Of a stretch of 64,000 nt of DNA, positions 12,514 to 23,975 are shown one piece after another. The stretch covers positions 78,740,001 through 78,804,000 of the forward strand of contig OZ024740.1 of NCBI GenBank assembly GCA_964016885.1, given 5' to 3'. Position 1 is the first letter of the stretch. Every line of letters starts with the position of its first letter. Both the position numbers and the translations under genes were made by a program. The notes beneath the pieces were generated by a model, which ran no database searches, was not told the DNA's origin, and worked only from the letters and a program-made list of their open reading frames with translations. Source of the stretch: Eledone cirrhosa. Taxonomy: Eukaryota.

Positions 12514-12925
12514 TTGCTTATTGCTGGAACTTGAAACAGACGAAAATATATAGAAAATATATAGTTTTTTCACCTATGTAGGTCGATGGATTAGCCTCAT
12601 TTGCATATGAAGTTGTATAAGTTTTCTCAACTTAAAAGTAGAATTAAAATTTAGCTTTGGCATAGCCGTATACATACATGTGTGTGAATCTTGTATAACT
12701 AAAAATATATGGTATGTTTAATAAACAATTCTACTTTTAAGTTGAGCCAAAAACTTATACAGCTACATATACAAAGGTGGCTAGTCAGCTCACCTACACA
12801 GGCGGAAAAACTAGATATTTTCGCCTGTTTCAAATTCCAGCAGTAAGCAAGTGGAAGCATTGTCCTGATGAGAACCAGAGATTGAAATGTTTAGACAATT
12901 ATCCTCCACTGCTTCTGCTGGAATC
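12514..12925. mobile_element. Older retrozyme/pLTR-like remnant (family 3), head-to-head inverted pair
   Basis: 12514-12645 is a diverged reverse complement of 12727-12850. Octamer ATTTGCAT at 12599-12606; hammerhead at 12859-12899. Confidence 0.7.
12859..12899 (+). ncRNA. Degenerate type-I hammerhead ribozyme on an extended stem I
   Basis: attgtc-CTGATGA-gaaccagagatt-GAAA-tgtt-TA-gacaat, flanked by ttccagcagtaagcaagtgga / tccactgcttctgctggaa pairing. Stems II and III are imperfect. Confidence 0.7.
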
Positions 12926-13004
12926 CACTAGATGGCGCTGGCCGTCAGCCTTTCTTTTCATAGCTGAACTTTTTAAAGACTAGCCAAATTCATGGATGTT
13001 ATAC

Positions 13005-13262
13005 AGTCATCTGGCTCATGCTTTACCCCTTGGTTTCCTGCCGGCTGGTTTTGCCTATAAAATCTGTACAGCAATTCTTTCCTGAGACACTTTGATCACA
13101 TGTCCGTAATATTGGAACTGTGATTACTCAATTCTGAGAAGTAGCAGCTCTACCTGGTCTCCAAGCTACACATTCTATCAAGTAACATTAATCCAAAGAC
13201 TCTTCAGAGGAACCCCATTTCGTTTGCTTGTATTCATGATCATATTCGTTTGGTCATTACAG
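13005..13262 (-). mobile_element. Degenerate 3' fragment of a third RTE family
   Basis: Translates to IQANEMGFL..LLRIE*SQFQYYGHVIKVSQERI..GRKPRGK. Confidence 0.65.
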
Positions 13263-13968
13263 CTGTTTGGTCTGGGTAGTTTATTTTTTTGGCATGAGTC
13301 TGTTTATATTGCAATATCGCAACTAACCATCATATCTAGTGGCTGTATTGCTATCTGCCACTTGTGAGCCATTCTCTAGCATAACAACTTTAGCAAGAAC
13401 CTTTCATTACCATAGTTCTAATTTAAGATGCTACCTGTGTGTTTCAAATTTTTTAAATGATCAAGCATTTGTAAGGATTTAGTAATGACTTCATGTTCAA
13501 GCTGGAGTTTGCAGCATAACGTAAAGGTTTGTACATAAAATTGTGATGGAAGGTTTTTAGATAAATAAAATTCTTTAAAATAAACAACTTAGTATCATAG
13601 AAACCAGCAGTTCGCAGTGGTTTTGTATCAACAAGGGTTAACTGACCTAAATATCTTTTTTCTTGTTGGGAAAAAAATGCAGTGTTTAAGAAATTTATCT
13701 AACTTTGCACTTGATTTCTAAACTCATCTTTATTTCATTTTGTTTTGTTTATAATTAAAAAAAAAATAGCTTTAACAAAACATGCTTAAATATGTTCCTT
13801 ATTCATATTATAAATGTTAAAACTCAAATATGACCTAATCATATTTGTTATATACAAAGGAGCCAGTATTATAATTATTTCTATAACTACATATATATAT
13901 ACACACACACACACTTGCATATACATGCCTACAATGCATACACACACATACATACATTATATAATATA

Positions 13969-14009
<41 letters not shown>

Positions 14010-14063
14010 ATGCACATTCATGTAAATATATATGTATAATTACACACACACGTGTACAAATGC

Positions 14064-14172
<109 letters not shown>

Positions 14173-14537
14173 ACACAAGATACGTGGGAGTGTTTACATT
14201 GCTGTATTCTGTTTCAACTGTCCATTTTTGACAGTTTGAGAGACATAGGTTCCTCTCTATGAAAATATGCAGACTTGCATTTATGTTGTCTATCTGTAAT
14301 AGCTATATATTTCCTTACTTTCTTATTCTTGTTTCTCATCAGAAACTACTCTCTTTTATATCTCTTCCCTAACTGAACTGGATTTTACATATATATATCA
14401 TGCTGTTTCTTTATTACTTTTTCTTTTGTTACTCTTTAGTGATTCTTCTGATAAATAATTTATCAGCTAAAGAGTTCTTCCTCATTATGTAAAATTTCAA
14501 ATTTCTCATCTCAGCCTCTCTTGCTTTGTCTCTATTG

Positions 14538-14610
<73 letters not shown>

Positions 14611-15220
14611 GTATGTATGTATTTCTTTTAAGATAATTTTTGAATTTAAAAAATAATTTTTCGCATGTGACCTGCTTTTGCTGGATGTCTCACAGTCTTT
14701 AATTATTCTTGTTTTCTCAAAAATATCATTTTCAATACACATAATTGTGCAACTTAAATAACATAGCAAAGTTATGCTTATAGTTTGACAAACACTAATA
14801 TATGCAGTTAAATTGCAGTAAAACATTTATTTATGAGATAGCTATTTGTGTAAGAAACTAGCATGAAGCTTAGTTCACCAAAGCTACTATATCATCAAAA
14901 GTATTTGTATGTTGAACTTCTATAAGTTCCAACAATGTTTGTAAATTTAACCTTCAAGTGGCTGAGAATTTCTCTGACACATGTACCTTTAATGTACTTC
15001 TCAGTGAAATTCAGTGCAACACAGTGCAGCTCTTTTTGCTGAGTAGACTGAAGCAATATGGAATATAGTATCTTGCTCAGACACAATGCACAACTGAGAA
15101 ACAACACTGTATATATCATACACAATATAGAAAATACCTGACATGGTCAGTCTAGCTTACATGACATGCATATGTTTGACAACTTAACAGATAAATATTC
15201 ATGCTAGAATACAGCATAGC

Positions 15221-15585
15221 ATCATCATTTTAATGTCTACTTTTCCATGCTTGCATTGGTTGCTCAGGTCCTTTTTAGCACAGCATCTCTCCACTCATCA
15301 CATTTCTTCATCATCTCCTCTGTGAGTTTCAATAGGATTTCTTGGCATTTCTTCACCCAGTGATCACCATCTCACTGGCACACTAATTCTGTTTCCTCTT
15401 GCACCCAACTTTTATCTCAGTTAATCCAAGCTCTGTTCTCGAACATTAACATTACAAGTCCATCGAAGCATGTTTGCTTTACTTCTCTCCAGCCTATGCA
15501 TAGCCACTGCTATCACTGCCTCTGTTTCATTAACATGCAGCATTGCACTTCACATACAGGCATCATACAACCATCCTTTTGTTCG
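15221..15585 (-). mobile_element. Degenerate RTE 3' fragment
   Basis: (CAT)n tail, RTE terminal stem-loop and LYDAC..AMLH-like remnants. Confidence 0.65.
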
Positions 15586-15899
15586 TATATTTGAAGATTC
15601 TAAGGTAAACTTAATATAGATATAACTTCTGTTTTTGAATTAAAAGCCATCGCTGTGAAAAGAATACAGTCTGAAGTGTAAACACTTCCAACTACTCCTC
15701 TGTCCATGGAAAATAGATTATTCTTATGCATTTCAGATATTATTATTGTCTTGAATAACTACCCTTATGTTTCTATGTATGGAGGATAGCAACATGATCT
15801 ATATCATGCAGAATGTAGACATTACCAGAAATAGTCAAACTTGCCTAATATGCATATATTAGCCAATGTAATTAAATATGAAGGCTAGAACACAGATTG

Positions 15900-16330
15900 G
15901 GAATAAATTTCTGAGGTGTTGATGCTGTGTATGGGTATGATAGGCAAATACTAGGTTAGTGAAATTGAAGGCTGGGGGTGATGAACGGAGGCAAGATGGA
16001 CAGGCTTGGGTGGAGATATTATGCAACTTACTAATTTTGAGATCCAGTGGACATTGTCATAGTGAAAATAGGCAAAGTAAAGAGGAGATAGCAGATGTGA
16101 GGCTCAGTGTTTGTAGTATGTTGGTGAGTTTGGACCAATCTATTGGATGACCTTTATAATATTTCTATACATAGGAACAGCATCATTGTCCCAGTCATGG
16201 GAGCAGTACTATATTGTATGACTCTTAAGTTTTGTAGCAACACATCAGAGCTGAAGTATTTTCTGTTGCTGAAGATAAGGGCTAGTGTTCAGGACACAGT
16301 TTTAAATCTGTTTTGTGCAGTTACTAGGAA
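15900..16330 (-). mobile_element. Highly degenerate CR1/L2-group LINE C-terminal remnant
   Basis: Only YCSHxW and LYFAYFH-like remnants; weak. Confidence 0.35.
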
Positions 16331-16380
16331 AGATTGGGAGATTGAACATTTTTAATGACTTAGATGAGCTATGCATGGGG

Positions 16381-17130
16381 TTAGATAGTTTCTGTTACCT
16401 GGGCGACCAAATTAGCAGTGGAGGAGGTTCTGAAAGCACTGTAGCCAGTGAGAACGGGTTGGAGAAAGTTCAGGGAGTTACTACTGCTGCTAACTACAAA
16501 AGGTTTTCGCCTCAAAATGAAAGGTAGACAGCATGATGCATATATACAAACAACAATGTTGCATGGTAGCAAGACCTTGGCACTGTGCAGAGGACCTATG
16601 AAAATTGGGAAGAAATAAAGCGTCCATGCTTTGATGGATTTGCGATAGTATAATATACACAAACAGCAAAGCATAAATGAACTGAGAGAGAAACTGGGTA
16701 TAAGAGGGATTAGATGTAGTGTGCAGGAGAGGAGAAACTGGGTATAAGAGGGATTAGATGTAGTGTGCAGGAGAGGAGAATGTGTTGGTATGGACATGTG
16801 ATGCATATGAAGGATGACAGCTGTATAAAAAGGTGTAGAGTACTCAAAGTTGATGGTAGCTATGGCAGGCCTAGGAAGACTTGGGATGAAGTGATAAAAG
16901 CTGACTTTGCACCTCTAAAAGGCATAGGACTGTGATCTCTACAAAAAGCATCCAGTACACACTGTAAATGTGGTTGGCATTAGGAAAGGTATCCAGCTGT
17001 AGAAACCAAGCCAAAATAAGTTCTGTATGAGCAAAACATGTTCACCTGACCTGGCATTTGTCACAACAGGACAACTCGTCTAACCCATGCTAGAATGGAA
17101 AAATGGACGTTAAACAGTGGTGATGATGAT
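16381..17130 (+). mobile_element. Degenerate RTE 3' fragment with internal 41-bp duplication
   Basis: DSFCYLGDQISSGGG..; duplicated gagaaactgggtataagagggattagatgtagtgtgcagga; RTE tail at 17080-17130. Confidence 0.8.
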
Positions 17131-18085
17131 TTATAAGTTACAAGAAGAGACTGAACTAATATACAGAATAGAAGAGGTTAATAGTTTAAAGAGTTGAGTT
17201 TGCAATGCTAAGGTTCAAGATGGTAATATGTTGTATGGGTGGGGAGATTCATATTGCAACTTGTTGAGTTGACACCAAAATGGGGGAGGGGGGTGTGTTA
17301 AATGATAGTAGTAGTAATGACTGAGTTGCTAGTTATTATATACAGTAACCTTTCATTGCAGACAAATAATCATAAAAATCTCTTTTTGTAGTTGAACTAA
17401 AAGTAAAGTAAATTTATATATATAACCAGATGTTTTCTTTAGTCTAACTTTTACTATATAAGTGATATGTTAATTCCTGTGGGTGGTTGTGAGCACATCA
17501 TTTTAACAGCTCAGTTACAACACTACTACTAAGTCTAACAACTGGGTTGACTTAATAGAATTTGGTTACAAATATTTATACTCTTCCAACGAATCAAGAA
17601 GCCACTGTGATCATTCAATTTGCTAGAAATAGCAGCCAAATCTTCTTCCCCCAAATCATACCCTACTATCTTTTGACTGATGACTTCACTTTAACAGCTT
17701 AGTTACAACACTTCTACTTAGTCAACAATTGGGTTGACTTAGTACACTTAATACAGATAATAGTTAGAATTTAGAAATTTGCTGAAGCTAGGTATGTGAC
17801 TATAGTCACTACCTTAAACTCATAGCAAAAGGCCTTCAAAATGTTTTTAAATAAACATACAGTATATTAAGTTAAAAATGTACATCTACATATGCATACT
17901 GAAATACTAGTATGCATATGAATACACACACGTATACATATGTAGATGTACCAAGTCTTTCACTGGTTACTTTACTGTGAGTATCCAGCTATTCTGTATG
18001 TAAACACACAGACAAACCGGTTTTTAGAGTCATACTGGTTTTTGAGGAAACACCTTTCCTCTATTCTCCAGAAAGCCAGACAAGG

Positions 18086-18130
18086 AATATTGAACTAGTT
18101 TCGTTGTTGTTACAACTCATCAGCAATATT
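18086..18130 (-). ncRNA. Minimal type-I hammerhead ribozyme
   Basis: aatattg-CTGATGA-gttgt aaca acaac-GAAA-ctag-TT-caatatt: 7-bp stem I, 5-bp stem II, palindromic ACTAGT stem III, GUU cleavage triplet. Confidence 0.92.
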
Positions 18131-18551
18131 TACCTATCTACCGGCCTTTCTGGAGAATCGTAAAAGCACATATCGTTATATGCTTTTTCTATGAAAATTA
18201 GTAGTGGGCAGACCAATTTGCATAGAGTGTGAGTACGTACCGGTTCAACAGAGACGATAAAAACAAATAACGAAACAAAATTAAATTTCGTTTCGTTTGT
18301 AACTCACTTTTGTATGACTGACGCTTAAACAATTAAGTTAAAAATGTACATCTACATATGCATACTGAAATACTAGTATGCATATGAATACACACACGTA
18401 TACATATGTAGATGTACCAAGTCTTTCACTGGTTACTTTACTGTGAGTATCCAGCTATTCTGTATGTAAACACACAGACAAACCGGTTTTTAGAGTCATA
18501 CTGGTTTTTGAGGAAACACCTTTCCTCTATTCTCCAGAAAGCCAGACAAGG

Positions 18552-18596
18552 AATATTGAACTAGTTTCGTTGTTGTTACAACTCATCAGCAATATT
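18552..18596 (-). ncRNA. Minimal type-I hammerhead ribozyme
   Basis: Identical to 18086-18130, offset by 466. Confidence 0.92.
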
Positions 18597-19088
18597 TACC
18601 TATCTACCGGCCTTTCTGGAGAATCGTAAAAGCACATATCGTTATATGCTTTTTCTATGAAAATTAGTAGTGGGCAGACCAATTTGCATAGAGTGTGAGT
18701 ACGTACCGGTTCAACGGAGACGATAAAAACAAATAACGAAACAAAATTAAATTTTGTTTCGTTTGTAACTCACTTTTGTATGACTGACGCTTAAACAATT
18801 AAGTTAAAAATGTACATCTACATATGCATACTGAAATACTAGTATGCATATGAATACACACACGTATACATATGTAGATGTACCAAGTCTTTCACTGGTT
18901 ACTTTACTGTGAGTACCCAGCTATTCTGTATGTAAACACACAGACAAACCGGTTTTTAGAGTCATACTGGTTTTTGAGGAAACACCTTTCCTCTATTCTC
19001 CAGAAAGCCAGACAAGGAATATTTTCATAGAAAAAGCATATAACGATATGTGCTTTTACGATTCTCCAGAAAGGCCGGTAGATAGGTA

Positions 19089-19133
19089 AATATTGCTGAT
19101 GAGTTGTAACAACAACGAAACTAGTTCAATATT
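19089..19133 (+). ncRNA. Minimal type-I hammerhead ribozyme
   Basis: aatattgCTGATGAgttgtaacaacaacGAAActagTTcaatatt read directly on the + strand. Confidence 0.92.
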
Positions 19134-19461
19134 CCTTGTCTGGCTTTCTGGAGAATAGAGGAAAGGTGTTTCCTCAAAAACCAGTATGACTCTAAAAACC
19201 GGTTTGTCTGTGTGTTTACATACAGACTAGCTGGATACTCACAGTAAAGTAACCAGTGAAAGACTTGGTACATCTACATATGTATACGTGTGTGTATTCA
19301 TATGCATACTAGTATTTCAGTATGCATATGTAGATGTACATTTTTAACTTAATTGTTTAAGCGTCAGTCATACAAAAGTGAGTTACAAACGAAACAAAAT
19401 TTAATTTTGTTTCGTTATTTGTTTTTATCGTCTCCGTTGAACCGGTACGTACTCACACTCT

Positions 19462-19503
19462 ATGCAAATTGGTCTGCCCACTACTAATTTTCATAGAAAA
19501 AGC
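19462..19503 (+). promoter_or_regulatory. Octamer (ATGCAAAT) plus PSE-like box of the retrozyme unit
   Basis: ATGCAAAT at 19462-19469 and TAATTTTCATAGAAAAAGC from 19485. Octamer also at 18216-18223 and 18682-18689; the pair is conserved in family 2. Function is inferred. Confidence 0.55.
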
Positions 19504-19554
19504 ATATAACGATATGTGCTTTTACGATTCTCCAGAAAGGCCGGTAGATAGGTA

Positions 19555-19599
19555 AATATTGCTGATGAGTTGTAACAACAACGAAACTAGTTCAATATT
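19555..19599 (+). ncRNA. Minimal type-I hammerhead ribozyme
   Basis: Identical to 19089-19133, offset by 466. Confidence 0.92.
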
Positions 19600-21650
19600 C
19601 CTTGTCTGGCTTTCTGGAGAATAGAGGAAAGGTGTTTCCTCAAAAACCAGTATGACTCTAAAAACCGGTTTGTCTGTGTGTTTACATACAGAATAGCTGG
19701 ATACTCACAGTAAAGTAACCAGTGAAAGACTTGGTACATCTACATATGTATACGTGTGTGTATTCATATGCATACTAGTATTTCAGTATGCATATGTAGA
19801 TGTACATTTTTAACTTAATTGTTTAAGCGTCAGTCATACAAAAGTGAGTTACAAACGAAACGAAATTTAATTTCGTTTCGTTATTTGTTTTTATACAGTA
19901 TATTATTAAATATACAATATGTATATTCAGTTAGAATTTAGTTTGTTACAAATATTTATATTCTTCCAATGAATCAAGAAGCTTCTGTGATCATTCAATT
20001 TGCTAAAAATAGCAACCAAATCTTCTTCCCCCAAATCATACTCTACTAATTAAGATAAAAAGGTAGGACACATTAGTTTATGTAGTCCTAGATACACAAT
20101 ATCTGAAAACAAAAACAAAAAAGATGAGATGGTCATAGCTGGAATGCCTTTGGCAAAGGTTTATCCAATAAACAACAAATGTACTTCCAAATAAGTAATA
20201 AAATTAACCAAAACAAAGATAACTGGAATTTATAGAGAGCAGAAAAGGGAATGAAATGGACCTCCATCAGTTTCTATGATGAGTATTCCAGCTGCTTAAT
20301 CAACAAAAAACAGCCTGCTCATGAAATTAACGGCTAAGCATTCCACATATAAATGTACCCTTAATATTTTCTGGGAGATTCAGCATGGCTTGTTATTTTA
20401 AATGTAGGTACAGACCATCTGATGGGCTTACAAGCAGTTTTTGTCTCCCCAGTTTTAACCACAAAGTATGGGTTGCCCCAAGGCTACAGTAAATGATACT
20501 ACTTGCCCAGGATGCCATGTGGTGGGATGTCAGTGTGGACCTAATTATTGTGAACAAACTCCTTAACTATTCAGCCATGCTGCATCCACAGATACATTAG
20601 ATGCTTTATAGATACAGTATGTCTAAAAGGAATAGATGCAATGGTCATGGTTGGAATGCTTTTGATCAAAGGTTTGTTCAATATATACTGCCAAATGTGG
20701 AACAGAAGTTACTAAAATAAAGATATTTGGAATTTATAGAAAGCAAAGAATATTATGTTTTATTCTTTAGATTGCTAAAAGCTAAGACCATATGCCAGAA
20801 AAGTATAATCTCAGTTATGCTTTTATGTGTGTGGGGGTGGGAGAGAAGGGTAGAGATGCATGTGAAAGACTCAGGGGTAAAATGCATTTATAACTTCAGG
20901 AATGGAATGCTTATTCTCTGGAAATGAAATGGAAATTGACAGTACCAAGGATATAATTTCTTTTGGATTGTAATATATTTAAATTGGAGATTAGATATCT
21001 TATACAGAATAAGGACAAACATTCTTTATGTATATAAATAATGATATAGCTATGTGCTTGTAGCTCTACCATTCTGTATCTCTTGGACAATGTATCCAAT
21101 TAAGGGTTTCAGTTCATTTCCATTCTGATATCTGTTGATAAATTGTAGTATTCTACTAACTTATTCATTGTCCCCTTTCTTTGTTATCACTCCACCCTCA
21201 AGAGACTAGATTCCCTTATCACTCACCTACTTGAATTTCATTTCATTTCATTCTTTTGCTGTTTGACACACTTTTATTTTATATAACTTTTTATTTGTTT
21301 TTCTGTGTTTTCATTTTTTTTTGTCTTGTTCCCTTGTTTTATGGGATAATCAGTTGTGTGATGGGTGCCACAAGAGTGGCTGTGGTAGGCCTGTTGCTTT
21401 GATAATGTCATTGACTGATAGAATAGCTTTTCTGTCTTGACATCAAGTGGCAGTTTAACAAGTAAACTTTAATTTACTTCACACATATATATATTTTTTG
21501 TTTGATTTACTATTTCACATAGACTAATAATTTATTTATATATATTTTTTGTATTTATTCAGTATTTTTTAAATATCTTGTGTGTCATCATCATCAGGTT
21601 TAGCGTCCGTGTTCCACGCTTGCGTGTATGCAAACATATATACATATAAT

Positions 21651-21710
21651 TTTTCTGCTCTACGGTTAAGCTTTTACCAAACAGTAAAAGCTTAACCATA
21701 GGGCAGAAAA
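21651..21710. repeat. Near-perfect 60-nt hairpin
   Basis: ttttctgctctacggttaagcttttac-caaaca-gtaaaagcttaaccatagggcagaaaa. Confidence 0.85.
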
Positions 21711-22426
21711 TCCTTATAATATTTAGTTGAAAAGTGGTCTTACTGATCTTAACTAGTTACATTTCACCTGTGCTGAACCCTTGCAACCACCTTCTTGACT
21801 CTTTCCCTAGCCAGGCATACTCCAAAATGATAGATACCACTCACCCATTTACTCCAACACCACTCCCATGACTCCCCACCCCACCTCAAGAATCATATAA
21901 ATGCCCTCCTTTTGGACCATCAAGGGAAGTCAGGCACACCTCACAGATACCATCCACTTGCTTCAAGGCCACCTTAATGACCTGACCCCCACTGGCAGTG
22001 CAATCTCTGTACCCCAGCAAGGCCAAAGTCACTGAGCATCTTAGTGCTGTCCTGACAAAAGCACCCAGTCCACCCTTTAAGATGGTAGTGCTGGTACCAC
22101 AATAAAAAGCACCCAGCCCATCGTGTAAGGTGGTAGTGCCAGAGTTACAATAAAAATGATCCCAGTACACACTGTAAAGTGTTTGGTGTTAGGAAGGTCA
22201 TACAGCCATAGAAACCATGCTCCCAGTACACATTATAAAGTGGTTGGTGTTAAGAAAAGCATCTAGCTGTAGAAACCAAGCCAAAATAAAGCTAGTGAGA
22301 CCTAGTGACCTGACAAATCTGGCCTCAGCATATGTTATCCATCTAACCCATGCAAGCATGGAAAATATTTAAGTGGTGGTGTGATGAGGATATTTGTGTG
22401 TGTATATATGTATGTATATATATATG

Positions 22427-23975
22427 AATCATCACCATTGTTTAACGTCCACTTTCCACGCTGGCATGGGCTAGACGTGTTGTTCCATTTGAGGCAAGTT
22501 GGGTCTGGTGACTGTGTTTTGCTCATATAGAACTGTTTCTGGATAGATTTCTACAACTGGATGCCCTTCCTAATGCCAACCACATTTACAGTGTGTGCTT
22601 TTTTTTTTTTGTGACACCTACACAACCACGTTACAATGTGGACTGAGTCCTTTTTGTTATGACTCCTACACAGCCACTTTACAGTGTGGGCTGGGCACTT
22701 TTAGTCATGACACCTACACAACCACTTTAAAATGTGGGCTGGGTGCTTTCTATCATGACACCTACACGACCACTTTACAGTGTGGGCTGGATGCTTTTTG
22801 TGGACTGGAGTGGGTGGGTGGTTGTGTATGTAAGGGAGTATAGTGGTTAAGAGGTGCTTACAAGATGTGTTTTTGAGTCCGTGTACATGGGAAGGCATGT
22901 TTTCTATATTACTGCACAACACCAAAGGTCTCAATCCTGTGTCATTGTCTTTAAAAGGTGCAATTGTGCAAGGTCAGCTTTTATCACACTGTTCCAGGTC
23001 TTCCTGCTCCATAGCTTCTATCAATTTTGATCACCCTGCACCTTTTTATACAACTGTTGTCCTTCATATGCATCACCTGACTATACCAACCCAAATTCCT
23101 CTTTTGTATACTGCCTCTGATCCCTCTTATGCCTAATTTCTCTTAGTTCAGTTACACTTTGCCATTTGTGTATATTATTATTACACATCCATCAGAGCAT
23201 GCATGCTTCATTTCTTTCCAATCTTCTCAGGTCCTCTGCACACAGTGCTCTTGTCTCACTACCATGCAGTATGGCTGTTCGTATACATGCATCGTACGAA
23301 AAACCTTTTATATCAGTAGTAGCACTCTGAACGTTCTCCATCCTGTTTTTACTCTGGCTACTGTACTTTCAGAACACCCTCTTCCACTGCTGATTACATC
23401 ACCCAAGTAACGGAAATTATCAACTATTTCTACAGAACCGTTAGGGCATTTGAAGGAGCTAGTATCCTGTGGGCACTTGCCATTTACTGCACCTGAGCAT
23501 CGGCTGAATATAAAACCTATATTCCTTGATAGCCTGCCTGTGATCCCACTGCATCTTTTATGTACCCATAGCTTGCATTTGGGACATAGAATGGAATTTC
23601 TACCTACCCCTTTCTTGCATATTGTGGGAATCTGGGCCCTATTTTCCTTTCTACATACTAGGACTTTAGTCTTGGACAAGTTAACTTTAAGACCTTTTGA
23701 TTCTAGGCCATGCCTCCAGGTTTGGAATTTCTTCTCTAAATCTGCTATAGATTCAGCTATGAGAGTTAGATCATTTGCATAAAAAAGTTCCCAAGGAAAG
23801 CCAGTCTTAAACTCTTCTGTTATAGCCTGTAGGGCAATAATAAACAGGAGAGGGCTAAGGACACAGCCCTGATGCACACCTTCCTGTATGCTAAATTCTT
23901 CACTATAGTCATTAATTCTAACCTTGCAGACTGTTCTACTATACATGGCTTGTTTAGCTTTCATAAGCCACTCGT
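22427..23975 (-). mobile_element. Older RTE fragment (RT C-half, truncated PHD, 3' UTR)
   Basis: GVHQGCVLSPLLF, YAND (from YADD), CPKCKLWVHKRCSG, FRYLGD; 3' UTR with ~54-bp internal repeats and tail at 22427. Confidence 0.85.

Larger units (their letters stand above)
17870..19892. mobile_element. Retrozyme-like insertion (family 1): 466-bp tandem units, ~2.5 copies in one orientation then ~1.9 inverted, 13-bp TSD
   Basis: Unit starts (gttaaaaatg) at 17871, 18337 and 18803. Inversion junction at 19021-19023. TSD atacagtatatta at 17857-17869 and 19893-19905. Four hammerheads; units differ at only a few positions. Confidence 0.92.

Noticed and set aside
17870-19892. CRISPR array, plain satellite or fold-back DNA transposon
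   Set aside because: No repeat-spacer structure. The two ends are different positions of the unit rather than TIRs; the TSD and hammerheads point to retroposition.
20318-20345. atgaaattaacggctaagca resembling the family 2 PSE-like region
   Set aside because: It belongs to another dispersed repeat (also near 14940 and 31700) whose other copies have extra bases here; no octamer or hammerhead nearby.
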